The notes under the pieces were generated by a model. It had not been told where the DNA came from, made no database searches, and worked only from the letters and a program-made list of their open reading frames with translations. From a virus (taxonomy: Duplodnaviria > Caudoviricetes), in IMG/VR virus record IMGVR_UViG_3300020045_001587, positions 19,725 to 83,724 of that record: a stretch of DNA of 64,000 bases; one strand, given 5' to 3'. The first letter of the stretch is position 1. Every line of letters begins with the position of its first letter. Below are positions 9,390-18,850 of this stretch, one piece after another. The translations under genes were made by a program, and so were the position numbers.

Positions 9390-9573
9390 GCGATATGACT
9401 TTGAAGATTTCATTGGTGATGATGTAAATCGCATTGAACGTGAATTTGGTGAGTACATCACTTATGAAGATCATGAAGATGCTCTGCTAGATGCCAAATA
9501 TGACTATGACCAATTGCAAAAGAAATACGACAAACTTGTGAATAAACTTGGCGCACTTTATCAGGAGGCTTGA
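9382..9573 (+). CDS. hypothetical protein
   Basis: SD GAGGAG. Confidence 0.65.
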   Translation: MVKRYDFEDFIGDDVNRIEREFGEYITYEDHEDALLDAKYDYDQLQKKYDKLVNKLGALYQEA

Positions 9574-9806
9574 TGGATAATATTTGGTGTAGTATTGAGT
9601 GTGACGCTTGGTTAAGTGATTTTGGATACCAAGATTACCTATACTTGTATAGGAAAATGAATTTGGAAGATAGTAAATTATCTGAGAAAACTTATACTAT
9701 GTTGTGTGAAGCGTTCGACAACCAAATGAATGAAGATATGTCTGACTGTAAAAACTTGGCAAATGATGAACAGGAAATTCTCGTAAAGAATAATCAGGAG
9801 GCTTAA
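9570..9806 (+). CDS. hypothetical protein
   Basis: SD GGAGG; overlaps neighbours. Confidence 0.6.
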   Translation: MMDNIWCSIECDAWLSDFGYQDYLYLYRKMNLEDSKLSEKTYTMLCEAFDNQMNEDMSDCKNLANDEQEILVKNNQEA

Positions 9807-10012
9807 TGACGGAAATTGAAAAGCCATATCCAAGCAAATGCTCAAATTCTGAGGAGTATTACAAAAAGCTTGCCTACTATCGCTACGGTCTGTACAATGA
9901 GCAGAAGGGTGTATTGGAACGGCTTGTTCAGAGGATGGTGGAGATTGATGAGGTGAGAGTGGATGAGGGTAGTGGTAGGATTTATTGGGTGGGTAGTGGG
10001 GAAATTGTTTAA
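9806..10012 (+). CDS. hypothetical protein
   Basis: TAATG overlap; SD GGAGG. Confidence 0.6.
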   Translation: MTEIEKPYPSKCSNSEEYYKKLAYYRYGLYNEQKGVLERLVQRMVEIDEVRVDEGSGRIYWVGSGEIV

Positions 10013-10035
10013 GGGCGGGTTGTTTAGGAGAGATA

Positions 10036-11805
10036 ATGTCAGCCATTGCTGAGAAGTATGGTATTGATTTGACGCGAGATGGTAAGGTAGGTTGTCCCGG
10101 TTGCATCCGTAAGGGTGGTGATAATAGCCGGAATAACCTACAAGTGTATGGAAGTACGGAGAGCGCCCATTGCTTCGCTTGTGGCTGGACTATTGCTAGT
10201 AAAGAGCATAGGGAAGCAATGGGATGGGATGATGAGGATTATGAGGAGCTTGAAGAAGTGAGTACACGAGAAAAAATTACGGCAGAAGATAATGAGCGTA
10301 TTAAAGGTTATACAACCACTGACGGAAAAGGTTATCGTGGAATTAAAAACAGCACGAATACTTTCTTTGGTGTGCGCTATGAATTAGATGAAATCACTGG
10401 CGAAGTAGTTAAGCAGTATGTTCCTACAACTATTAGTGGGGAGCTTAGTGGCTATCGCACTCGCCGACTCCCAAAAGACTTTGCAGGACCAGTAGGCCAA
10501 GTTGGTAAAGAGTGTGATATGGTGTTTCAGTTTCGGTTCAAGACTCACACTGGCACTTGCATCATAAGTGGCGGCGAAACCAAAGCATTAAATTCTTACC
10601 AGATGCTCTATGACAATCAAGCCGCTCGTGGTAAACTTGATTACGAAACGACCGCTGTAGTTTGTTCTACTTTAGGGGAGTCTGGCGCGCACAAGCAAGT
10701 GCAAGCACAATATGAGTTCTTCAACCAGTTTAAGAAAGTTATCATCTGCATGGATGAGGATGAAGCTGGACAGAAGGCTGTTGAGCAGCTTGTTAAGGTC
10801 TTGCCTAAAGGGCGTGTATGGATCATGCGTATGCGGTATAAAGATGCGGACATCTACGTAGAAAAGAATAAACAACAGGAATTTATTCAAGACTTCTTGA
10901 AAGCCAAGAAATACGTTCCGAACGGTATTACAGCTTCTACAGACATTACTGACAAGATGCGGGAGTTTCTGAGTAAACCCCGTTTGTCCCTTCCACCATA
11001 TCTTCATAAATTACAGAAGAAGCTGCGGGGTGGGCTTCCAGTTTGTATCTTTAATATTTTGAGTGCTAGTGGTACTGGCAAGTCTACCCATGTGGATGCA
11101 ATGACTCTCCACTGGATTATGACAGCAGACAAGAAGGTTGGAATTATTCCGATGGAAACCTGCGAGGGAGAGTACGGAGTTAATCTTCTGTCCTCTTACT
11201 CACAAGTTAAGATGAATTTGTTTGAGACTGTAGAAGAACGGTTGGGATTTATTGAGCGTGAGGACATTCTTGACTTGCAACAAGAATTGTTCTATGATGC
11301 TGATGGCAATCCACGTTTCTACATCCTTGACGCCGAAGCTGAAACTTTACAAGAACGTGTAGAGTACCTAATTGTTAGCCTTGAGTGTAAAATCATCATC
11401 ATTGATCCAATTCAAGATGTATTTGACATGCTTGGAGAGGAAGAACAGGCTAAGTTTATGGGCTGGATGAAGGGCTGGATGAAGAAGGGCATCACTTTTG
11501 TGAACGTTAATCACAGCCGCAAGTCTGGTCAAGGTCAGAAGGCTAACAGCAAGGGCGCAGAGCTTTCAGAGGAAGATATGATGGGAAGTTCCACCATCTT
11601 CAAGTCTGGTGGTGTAAACTTGATCTTGATGCGAAATAAGGACGCTGAAACAGAGGAAGAACGCAACACCACTGTAATGAAGCTGAGTAAGGCTCGTGGG
11701 GTTGGTGATACAGGCATGGTAGGTAAATACTTCTATGAGATGGAAAAGCACAAACTGTGGGATTTGGAAGATTGGCAAGCACAGAACGCTCCATCTTATA
11801 TTTAA
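10036..11805 (+). CDS. DNA primase-helicase (T7 gp4-like)
   Basis: Zn finger CPGC..CFAC, TOPRIM ICMDEDEAG and KDAD, Walker A SGTGKST, Walker B IIIDP, HSRK. Confidence 0.95.
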   Translation: MSAIAEKYGIDLTRDGKVGCPGCIRKGGDNSRNNLQVYGSTESAHCFACGWTIASKEHREAMGWDDEDYEELEEVSTREKITAEDNERIKGYTTTDGKGYRGIKNSTNTFFGVRYELDEITGEVVKQYVPTTISGELSGYRTRRLPKDFAGPVGQVGKECDMVFQFRFKTHTGTCIISGGETKALNSYQMLYDNQAARGKLDYETTAVVCSTLGESGAHKQVQAQYEFFNQFKKVIICMDEDEAGQKAVEQLVKVLPKGRVWIMRMRYKDADIYVEKNKQQEFIQDFLKAKKYVPNGITASTDITDKMREFLSKPRLSLPPYLHKLQKKLRGGLPVCIFNILSASGTGKSTHVDAMTLHWIMTADKKVGIIPMETCEGEYGVNLLSSYSQVKMNLFETVEERLGFIEREDILDLQQELFYDADGNPRFYILDAEAETLQERVEYLIVSLECKIIIIDPIQDVFDMLGEEEQAKFMGWMKGWMKKGITFVNVNHSRKSGQGQKANSKGAELSEEDMMGSSTIFKSGGVNLILMRNKDAETEEERNTTVMKLSKARGVGDTGMVGKYFYEMEKHKLWDLEDWQAQNAPSYI

Positions 11806-11819
11806 ACTAAGGAGAACGA

Positions 11820-13946
11820 ATGAACGGCTGGTGTGTAGACGCGGAAGCTAATAACTTGTATTTGCAGGCTTCAAAGATTTGGTATATTCGCTTCAAGACT
11901 CTGGACGGCGTTCGTTCTCTGAGCGTCTACCCTTTCCGAGAGACTAAAGAAGAAACCTATAAGAAAGTGATGGAGTGGGTTGATAGTTTTGAGGATGGTG
12001 CTCTTGTAGTCTCTTTTAACGGATTAGGATATGACCACTTTCTTTTCTGGAAACTGTTAGGCTTAAAACCACAAGTGGGTAAGAAAGGTAAGGACTGGAT
12101 CGCGGACAAGCAAGTACAGTTTTACGATTGCTATGTATGTTCTCAATACCTTTCTCCAGACTCCCCTTTTCACTCTCTTGAGTATCTTTCTCGTGGTTCT
12201 GAGAATGAGAAGATGGCCTATCGTGAAAAACTGATTGAGCTTGGTGCTATGAAAAAGGATGATCCGAAAGGGTTTGAATTCTCCTTCTATCATCCTCTCA
12301 TGGATCAGTATTGCGACGAAGACGTTGATGCCACAATTGGCGTATTTAACCGACAGTGGCAAAAAGCTGTAGATATGTACGGAGAAGATAAATGGATTCA
12401 TCCTAGCTTTAGACAAATGCAGAAGGATTATTTCCTATACTCGGCACAAGCATATTCTGGAGCGCCATTCCATCAAGAGCGCGCAAAGAAACTTGTTGAG
12501 CATGTTAGCACAGAGATGGCAAAGATCAAGGCAGAGGTTGACCCAAAACTACCTAATCGCCCTCTAAAGACAGCAGAGCAGGCTTTCTATAAGATGCCAG
12601 CCAAACCTTATGCTAAGAATGGGGATGAAAGTGCGGCACTAAAGAAGTGGCTTGAGAAGCATAATGCAACTCTTGATAGTGAGCGGTTTGTACACGCCTA
12701 CGGAATGAAGCAGAAGCTGGTGGCGAACGATATTCTTGATATTAAGTTACCTATGGAAATTGAGGATAACCAAGAACTAAAACAGTGGTTTATTGATAAT
12801 GGCTGGGTAGCAGCTGACGGTTTTTGGAATTTCAAAAAAGACCCTGCTACAGGCAAGCCAATGCGTGATGAGGCAACAGGACAGCTTATTAAAACTACGC
12901 CTAAGATTCAGCACCAAGGACAAATCTGCCCCAACCTATTAAAACTGGAAGGTGAAATTCCTAGTAAGGTTGTGAAGTTTTTATCCTATCGTAATCGTCT
13001 AGGTGTTGTAACAGGCTGGTTGAATAACTGGAGAATGGAGTTTGATGGTAAGCTAAGTGCAGAAATTAGTGGATATGCGCCTACCTCAAGGGTAAAACAT
13101 CGTACCCTTGTAAATTGCCCGAAGGCCAGCGACAACGTTCTGTTAGGTGCAGAGATGCGGGATTTGTTCTACGCACCAGAAGGCTATTGGTACGTAGGTA
13201 CAGATGCTGCTGCGTTAGAGAATAGGACTCTCTCCCATCACACATTTAAGTATGACGGTGGAGCATTTGCGAAGATGCAGCTTGAAGGTGATCCGCATAG
13301 TTTTAATGCCTTTGCTTTCTTCCCACAACTTAGCAAGCAGTTTGATATTGACAATCCTGAGAATAAAGAGGATCATAAGTTTAAGCCGTGGCGTAACAAG
13401 GCAAAAACTGGTGCATACTTGCTGGCGTTCGGTGGTGGTGCTCCAAAATTAGCTAGTAGCTTAGGTTTGTCAAAAGCTGAAGGTAAACGAGCCTATGATA
13501 GTTATTGGGAAAAGAATGCTGGACTAGGTAAGCTGAAAGAGGCAGCAGAGAAATATTACACCACAACTGGCAAAAGTAAGTACATACCGGGAATTGATGG
13601 ACGTATGATTTCTGTACGAGGTAAGAATGTTCTGCTGTCATGTCTTGGGCAAGGCACAGGTGCTGTGGCTATGTCCTATGCAGCTTGCTTTATGGATGCA
13701 TGGCTTGGTGAGATGTACTTGGATGAGCTAGGCCGACCTTACTACAAGTATAAAGGACGCAATGTTATCAGGATTTCGATGGTCCATGATGAGTATAGTT
13801 GGTTGGTAGAAGATGGCATTCAGGAAGAAGTCCGAGTTCTTACAGAAAAAGCTATTGTAGAAGCAGGCAAATATCTTAAATTAGCCCTGCCTCTTGCAGC
13901 AGAAGGTAAGATGAGTTTTGAAGGCAGTTGGAGAGATGTACACTAA
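11820..13946 (+). CDS. polA: family A DNA polymerase with 3'-5' exonuclease
   Basis: Exo motifs DAEAN, FNGLGYD, YCDED; polymerase motifs TDAAALE, RNKAKTGAY, VHDE. Confidence 0.95.
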   Translation: MNGWCVDAEANNLYLQASKIWYIRFKTLDGVRSLSVYPFRETKEETYKKVMEWVDSFEDGALVVSFNGLGYDHFLFWKLLGLKPQVGKKGKDWIADKQVQFYDCYVCSQYLSPDSPFHSLEYLSRGSENEKMAYREKLIELGAMKKDDPKGFEFSFYHPLMDQYCDEDVDATIGVFNRQWQKAVDMYGEDKWIHPSFRQMQKDYFLYSAQAYSGAPFHQERAKKLVEHVSTEMAKIKAEVDPKLPNRPLKTAEQAFYKMPAKPYAKNGDESAALKKWLEKHNATLDSERFVHAYGMKQKLVANDILDIKLPMEIEDNQELKQWFIDNGWVAADGFWNFKKDPATGKPMRDEATGQLIKTTPKIQHQGQICPNLLKLEGEIPSKVVKFLSYRNRLGVVTGWLNNWRMEFDGKLSAEISGYAPTSRVKHRTLVNCPKASDNVLLGAEMRDLFYAPEGYWYVGTDAAALENRTLSHHTFKYDGGAFAKMQLEGDPHSFNAFAFFPQLSKQFDIDNPENKEDHKFKPWRNKAKTGAYLLAFGGGAPKLASSLGLSKAEGKRAYDSYWEKNAGLGKLKEAAEKYYTTTGKSKYIPGIDGRMISVRGKNVLLSCLGQGTGAVAMSYAACFMDAWLGEMYLDELGRPYYKYKGRNVIRISMVHDEYSWLVEDGIQEEVRVLTEKAIVEAGKYLKLALPLAAEGKMSFEGSWRDVH

Positions 13947-13960
13947 CTTAAAGTAAGCTC

Positions 13961-13989
13961 TTGACAAGAACCACAACTCGTGGTATAAT
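13961..13989 (+). promoter_or_regulatory. sigma70 promoter, 17-bp spacer, extended -10
   Basis: TTGACA-N17-TATAAT with TG at the extended -10 position. Confidence 0.85.
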
Positions 13990-14010
13990 GTTATCTTTAA
14001 GAGGAGCATT

Positions 14011-14202
14011 ATGTCATTTGATTACCAAAGCTGTACAGTAGAAGAACTTGCCAACCATGTAGAAGCAAGTAACGCGCAACTAATCTCAACCACTCTGATT
14101 TACTACCAGAAACGTGATAACTTGGAGATGGTTGAGAAGATTAAAGAAGCCCGCAAGATTGTAAAGAAGCGAAAGCTAATTCGTCAGTTGGAGGACATAT
14201 GA
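14011..14202 (+). CDS. hypothetical protein
   Basis: SD GAGGAG directly downstream of the promoter. Confidence 0.7.
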   Translation: MSFDYQSCTVEELANHVEASNAQLISTTLIYYQKRDNLEMVEKIKEARKIVKKRKLIRQLEDI

Positions 14203-14774
14203 TTTATGAAATCAAGCCAAGTCTAAACTGGAGCGATTGGCTCTACTACGATGAGACTTCACCAAGTTGCCTTAGGTGGAAAGTAGAAATTCGTAGAGGT
14301 AAGGGCGGGGAAGTTGTTTGTGTGAGTGCTGGAGACGCAGCAGGTTTCTTAGACTCTAATAACTATTGGGTTGTTGGAGTAGACGGAGGTGTGTATAAAG
14401 GACATAGAATCGTATGGGAGCTACACAACCCTTTATTGTTGGAAGGTGAATTCATAGACCATGAGTTTGGAAATTCCACTAACAATAAGATAAGTAATCT
14501 GCGAGTTGTTGACAGGCCACGGAATCAACGTAATCGTGGTATGGGAAAGAACAACAAGACAGGCGTGGTTGGGGTGATTCTTCGTGACGATAAAGTAAAT
14601 TACCATTTCAGAGCTAAATGGCACGATTTGAATGGTAACAGGCATGAGAAAGCTTTCAATATTCGTAAATACGGATACGACGAAGCATTTAAACTAGCTT
14701 GTGAATATCGTGCTAAAATGATCGAACAATTGAATCAACAAGGTGCTGGATATACTACCCGGCACGGCACCTAA
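14199..14774 (+). CDS. HNH homing endonuclease with AP2-like C-terminus
   Basis: YKGHRIVWELH..IDHEFGNSTNNKISNLR; NNKTGVVGV..FRAKW. Confidence 0.85.
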   Translation: MIYEIKPSLNWSDWLYYDETSPSCLRWKVEIRRGKGGEVVCVSAGDAAGFLDSNNYWVVGVDGGVYKGHRIVWELHNPLLLEGEFIDHEFGNSTNNKISNLRVVDRPRNQRNRGMGKNNKTGVVGVILRDDKVNYHFRAKWHDLNGNRHEKAFNIRKYGYDEAFKLACEYRAKMIEQLNQQGAGYTTRHGT

Positions 14775-14788
14775 CCAAAAGGAACAAA

Positions 14789-15019
14789 ATGACGGTCAAC
14801 AAAAGCGCAATCCAAAAGCAACTCCGAATGAACGCTCAAGACATCTTCCTCCTAGAGTCTGACATTCAGAATTTTAAACATGAGAAAGCTCTAGCAGACT
14901 TTAACAACGAACTGGAAGTAGAATTTCACTACCACAACTACCTGAAACGTCTGCGTAGTAAACTCAAAGACTATGTAGCTATTCAGAAGACGCTGAAACA
15001 AATTATGAAAGGGAATTGA
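14789..15019 (+). CDS. hypothetical coiled-coil protein
   Basis: SD AAGGA. Confidence 0.65.
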   Translation: MTVNKSAIQKQLRMNAQDIFLLESDIQNFKHEKALADFNNELEVEFHYHNYLKRLRSKLKDYVAIQKTLKQIMKGN

Positions 15020-15020
15020 T

Positions 15021-15293
15021 ATGCAGCCAAAGATTTTGCAGAGCCTGATTAGTATTAATCGGAACAGTATTCGGATGTATGAGGAAGGTATTGAATATAA
15101 CAAAGCCCTACGTGACAACGACCGAATGTTGGGATGTTCAGAGGATGCCAATGAGGCTCACAAACTCGTAGTAGCTCACAAGAAACACCTTGCACTCCTT
15201 GTCCGCAATCAAATTGCCTTGAAGAAGGCTTTGCGTGAGGCTTATGAGGATCTTAGTTGGAATAACGAATATAGTGATATTGACTATGCCTGA
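15021..15293 (+). CDS. hypothetical protein
   Basis: Fits the operon. Confidence 0.65.
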   Translation: MQPKILQSLISINRNSIRMYEEGIEYNKALRDNDRMLGCSEDANEAHKLVVAHKKHLALLVRNQIALKKALREAYEDLSWNNEYSDIDYA

Positions 15294-15349
15294 CTATGTG
15301 CACAACGGAGACAAGTGGCAACGCATTCCTGATAAATCTCTAATGGAGA

Positions 15350-15679
15350 ATGACAATGAATGACACTAACGCACGAGATGAATTTGTTGAACACATTAAA
15401 GCAGTACGCTTAAAAATTAAAGCTGTTCTTATTTTTAAAGAAGACAACTGTAATGATGATGCCACAACGTATGCTTTTTTAAAAATTGGATACCGACAAG
15501 AAGACTTTAACGGTTTTCTCAATAGAATGGACTTTGAGTATGACAGTGGCTACGGCGGTCAAGAACTATACGGAACCATTTGGTATGAGGACGGTACTTG
15601 GAGTAGTCGTGGAGAGTACGATGGTAGTGAGTGGTGGGAGCACAATTCTGTGCCAATTATTCCAGAGGAATTGAAATGA
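15350..15679 (+). CDS. conserved phage hypothetical protein
   Basis: FEYDSGYGGQELYGTIW..DGTWSSRGEYDGSEWW pattern. Confidence 0.75.
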   Translation: MTMNDTNARDEFVEHIKAVRLKIKAVLIFKEDNCNDDATTYAFLKIGYRQEDFNGFLNRMDFEYDSGYGGQELYGTIWYEDGTWSSRGEYDGSEWWEHNSVPIIPEELK

Positions 15680-15873
15680 CAATCAAAGAAATCACATGCT
15701 ACCAGAACGACGATGGTAAAATATGGACAACTCTCGCACAAGCTGAGTTTTGGGAAACTATTATGATGATTAAAGTAAAGAAGCCTGAAAGTAAGCCACA
15801 AGAGCCTGAAAAGAGTTTCCGAAGCTGGGGCGAAGATGATCACGTTGACAGATACTTTGGGAGAGGACTATGA
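15676..15873 (+). CDS. hypothetical protein
   Basis: ATGA overlap; SD GAGG. Confidence 0.6.
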   Translation: MTIKEITCYQNDDGKIWTTLAQAEFWETIMMIKVKKPESKPQEPEKSFRSWGEDDHVDRYFGRGL

Positions 15874-16040
15874 AGCCCTTCCAAGAAGGCTATCGCTGTT
15901 ATATGTTCAATGACAAGGACATTTCCTCTTGTCCTTACGAAAGCGACACAGATGAATTTGACGCATGGATGAGTGGCTTCTTCACAGCAGAGGAAGACGA
16001 GGCTTATTATAAATGGAGGGATGAGTATGGAAATCGTTAA
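15870..16040 (+). CDS. ribosome modulation factor (Rmf/CrpP)-like micro-protein, 56 aa
   Basis: MKPFQEGYRCY...SCPYE..DEFDAWMSGF; SD GAGG; missed by the ORF track. Confidence 0.6.
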   Translation: MKPFQEGYRCYMFNDKDISSCPYESDTDEFDAWMSGFFTAEEDEAYYKWRDEYGNR

Positions 16041-16302
16041 TGACATTCTTGACAGCGATCAATGGCAAGCACTGCTGAAAGAAATTGCACGTAAGCAGAA
16101 GCAGCTTACTAAGATGAATAATGTTGTCAATAATCTTCTCATCTTACGTGATAAGAATTGTCCACATGAAGAACTTGAACTGAAGGAACGTTATTTTAGC
16201 GGAGGCTATGATTATTGTTCATCTACAGAGTATTGGTCAGTTTGTAAATGCTGTAAGAAAACGTTTGGAAAGTACAAGGAATATCATGGTGGATACGAAT
16301 GA
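16027..16302 (+). CDS. hypothetical protein, Cys-containing C-terminus
   Basis: SD GGAGG; CPH...CKCC. Confidence 0.6.
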   Translation: MEIVNDILDSDQWQALLKEIARKQKQLTKMNNVVNNLLILRDKNCPHEELELKERYFSGGYDYCSSTEYWSVCKCCKKTFGKYKEYHGGYE

Positions 16303-16673
16303 CTCTTAAAACATTGGAGTATCAGTTATGTAAAGCTGAGTATATTGCAATTAATAATCCAGATGCTATTATTGGATTCTTTTGTACGTGGAGCGAGTTG
16401 AAGCCGTTGCTACAATCAGAGTTGTCTGGAGGAACTCTTAATACTCGCACAAGATCTATTGCATATGACAACAACGCCATGATTAGATTGATTGACGAAA
16501 GATCATTAGAGGATGCCTGTGCTGGTGCTCAGTTCACACATGTGTTCTCTAATGGTATATATGACTATAAACGAGTAGCTTACATGAGAAGTCGTATAAG
16601 AACAACCAATATATTTAATTACCCTTCTGGTTATTTTGATGAAATTGGCTTCTTGCGATATGAGGATTATTAA
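16299..16673 (+). CDS. degenerate terminase-ATPase-like small protein
   Basis: By-eye alignment to this genome's TerL; Walker A and Walker B residues absent. Confidence 0.55.
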   Translation: MTLKTLEYQLCKAEYIAINNPDAIIGFFCTWSELKPLLQSELSGGTLNTRTRSIAYDNNAMIRLIDERSLEDACAGAQFTHVFSNGIYDYKRVAYMRSRIRTTNIFNYPSGYFDEIGFLRYEDY

Positions 16674-16675
16674 TT

Positions 16676-17200
16676 GTGGAAGAACCAACTAAACGTAGGC
16701 GGGGTAGGCCGCCCCTAAAAGAATCCGAATTAAAACATCCTCGCCAGCAATGGAACAGACGCAATGTACTCAAGAGCGTTGTGAAGGCTTCTAAGCCACC
16801 TTCTAAGGCAAACAAGGCGCTCTACGGGCCTATTATTGACGAAGCTATTGCTGCTGTATTGACACAGCCTTCTCGTGCTGACAATGTGGCTAAGAAGAAC
16901 AAAATAGAAGTCACATTTCCGAAGAAGCACAAGTTTCCAGAAGGCTGGCCGATAGGTCGTATTGTAAAAGAGCTTGACGGAATGATTACGAGGACTTACA
17001 ATGCTGAGTTGGTCGTTTTGTGGGCTTATGAATATTTGTACATCCATTGGCAACCTACGGACATTTACAGAGAGCGCATGGGCATCATGGCTAACATGAG
17101 CAAGATGGAGAAAGAGTTAGAAATAATGCTTGACGAGAGTTTTGTTGTGGAATACAATGAACCTATTGAACATAACGAAAGAGAACAAAATGAAATTTGA
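16676..17200 (+). CDS. putative DNA-binding protein with AT-hook
   Basis: KRRRGRPP motif at the N-terminus. Confidence 0.55.
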   Translation: MEEPTKRRRGRPPLKESELKHPRQQWNRRNVLKSVVKASKPPSKANKALYGPIIDEAIAAVLTQPSRADNVAKKNKIEVTFPKKHKFPEGWPIGRIVKELDGMITRTYNAELVVLWAYEYLYIHWQPTDIYRERMGIMANMSKMEKELEIMLDESFVVEYNEPIEHNEREQNEI

Positions 17201-17420
17201 TGCACAGAAAATCTTGCCACCTTATATTGCACTGAAACTACTAATAAGCAATGGTAACTATGATATTAAGGCTTTCTCTGAAGTTGTAGCGCCTTTCAAG
17301 GAACACCATGATGTTATGAGTAAGCTTGCTGAGTATATCGTGATGGGTTACAATCTTGCCGAGTTGAAGAAGATTGTTGACAAAATGGTTGAGAATAAAG
17401 ATTATATTGTTGGTTTGTAG
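17190..17420 (+). CDS. hypothetical protein
   Basis: ATG 17190 overlaps the previous ORF. Confidence 0.55.
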   Translation: MKFDAQKILPPYIALKLLISNGNYDIKAFSEVVAPFKEHHDVMSKLAEYIVMGYNLAELKKIVDKMVENKDYIVGL

Positions 17421-17438
17421 GTTTAAAAGGAGAATGAC

Positions 17439-17690
17439 ATGGAATACAAAAACGATCTGGATTATTTTAAAGACATTACAGAGAACAAGGAGCGGGTCAA
17501 GCCTGTTGTCCACTATTCCGCTCTGCTGAGTGATATTGAGATTAATTATAGTGCAACCGTGGTTGTCGTAGATCATCCTGCAAAATACCTGAATAATGAA
17601 CCTTTTATTTACACATCATATGTTGTGAGTTATGATGAGGCTACGGGAGAATTTGAGACGCGAAATACTAAATATGTGCCGTTGAAATGA
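17439..17690 (+). CDS. hypothetical protein
   Basis: SD AAGGAG. Confidence 0.7.
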   Translation: MEYKNDLDYFKDITENKERVKPVVHYSALLSDIEINYSATVVVVDHPAKYLNNEPFIYTSYVVSYDEATGEFETRNTKYVPLK

Positions 17691-17691
17691 A

Positions 17692-18225
17692 TTGTCTATG
17701 AGCGCACATAAAATCAAACTTTTGTCAGGTGGCTGTTTTGACTTCGTAGACATGGAACAGAGCAGCTATACGATAGAAGACATTGCACATAACCTGAGCC
17801 GTATTTGTCGTTTCAATGGCTCTATTGAGAAACATTACAGTGTTGCCCAGCATAGCGTTATCGTTAGCTACGTTGTACCTGAGAAGTATGCGTTGAGTGG
17901 TCTGTTACACGACATGTCGGAGAGCTTTGTAGGCGACTTGTCTAGCCCTTTGAAGCAGCTTATGAAAGAATACAAGAAGCTGGAAATCAAAGTAGAGAAA
18001 TATATGTTTGGCAAGATGGGTATTCCGTTTCCTATGCATAGCTCTATCAAGCTGGCAGACTTGCAAGTGCTGGCTGCGGAGATTCGTGACCTACAGCCAC
18101 ATGCGAGTGATTGGGCTGGGTTAGCAGAGATTGAGCCTTATGCTAAGAAGATTGTTCCTTGGAATGCTGAGAAGGCTAAGAAGGAATTCTTGAAGCGTTA
18201 TAATGAACTAACTAAGGAGAAATAA
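17692..18225 (+). CDS. HD-domain phosphohydrolase (YfdR-like 5'-deoxynucleotidase)
   Basis: IEDIAHNLSRICRFNG..YSVAQHS..LLHDMSESFVGD. Confidence 0.9.
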   Translation: MSMSAHKIKLLSGGCFDFVDMEQSSYTIEDIAHNLSRICRFNGSIEKHYSVAQHSVIVSYVVPEKYALSGLLHDMSESFVGDLSSPLKQLMKEYKKLEIKVEKYMFGKMGIPFPMHSSIKLADLQVLAAEIRDLQPHASDWAGLAEIEPYAKKIVPWNAEKAKKEFLKRYNELTKEK

Positions 18226-18704
18226 TGAATCTTCCAGAAGAATTTAAATTTAAGCACGACCCAGAAAGTGATTGGGTACACACTGCCCTATTGAAACCAG
18301 ATGGCTCTTACCATATTGTGTGGGATGAAAAGTACACTTACCCAAGTTGGAGTAACTGTAACGCTGAAGAAATTTTCTCATTTATGTCGGAAGCAGATGG
18401 TTGGGTAATTCTGTCGCAAAAAGATGTACAAATTGCTGACAAGCCTGTTGTATCTGACGGAGGATCGTCTAGCTACTATGCACTGACAATTACTAACAAA
18501 GCTGGTGACACACTGGTCTGTGAGCTAGGGGATATAATCCGGGTAGTGGTTGGAAATGACGCGGATTTATTCAACATCATTAAAGCATGCCGTAGAGCTT
18601 ACGAATCGTCACAAGGACGAGGTAAAGAAGGTGTGTCAATCGAGTATGACATGAATAAGGTTAAGTATTTCGCTGATGAATTTAAGCACTGGAATAAACA
18701 ATGA
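18225..18704 (+). CDS. DUF3310/SaV-like protein with an extra N-terminal repeat domain
   Basis: SDGGSSSYY..FNIIKACRR..GK..YDMNKVKYF. Confidence 0.55.
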   Translation: MNLPEEFKFKHDPESDWVHTALLKPDGSYHIVWDEKYTYPSWSNCNAEEIFSFMSEADGWVILSQKDVQIADKPVVSDGGSSSYYALTITNKAGDTLVCELGDIIRVVVGNDADLFNIIKACRRAYESSQGRGKEGVSIEYDMNKVKYFADEFKHWNKQ

Positions 18705-18850
18705 AACGCTTTCAAATTACTATGGCAATAATTTCCGCAATTTGCGTAGGTGCCTGTCTTAATGAATCAAATTGGAGCAGTGCTATTTTCTGTGCATCAA
18801 TGATGCTTCTTAACCTTTGGATTGCTGGATTCTTTGAGGGTAGCAAATGA
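18701..18850 (+). CDS. small membrane protein, 49 aa
   Basis: ATGA overlaps; two hydrophobic stretches. Confidence 0.55.
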   Translation: MKRFQITMAIISAICVGACLNESNWSSAIFCASMMLLNLWIAGFFEGSK

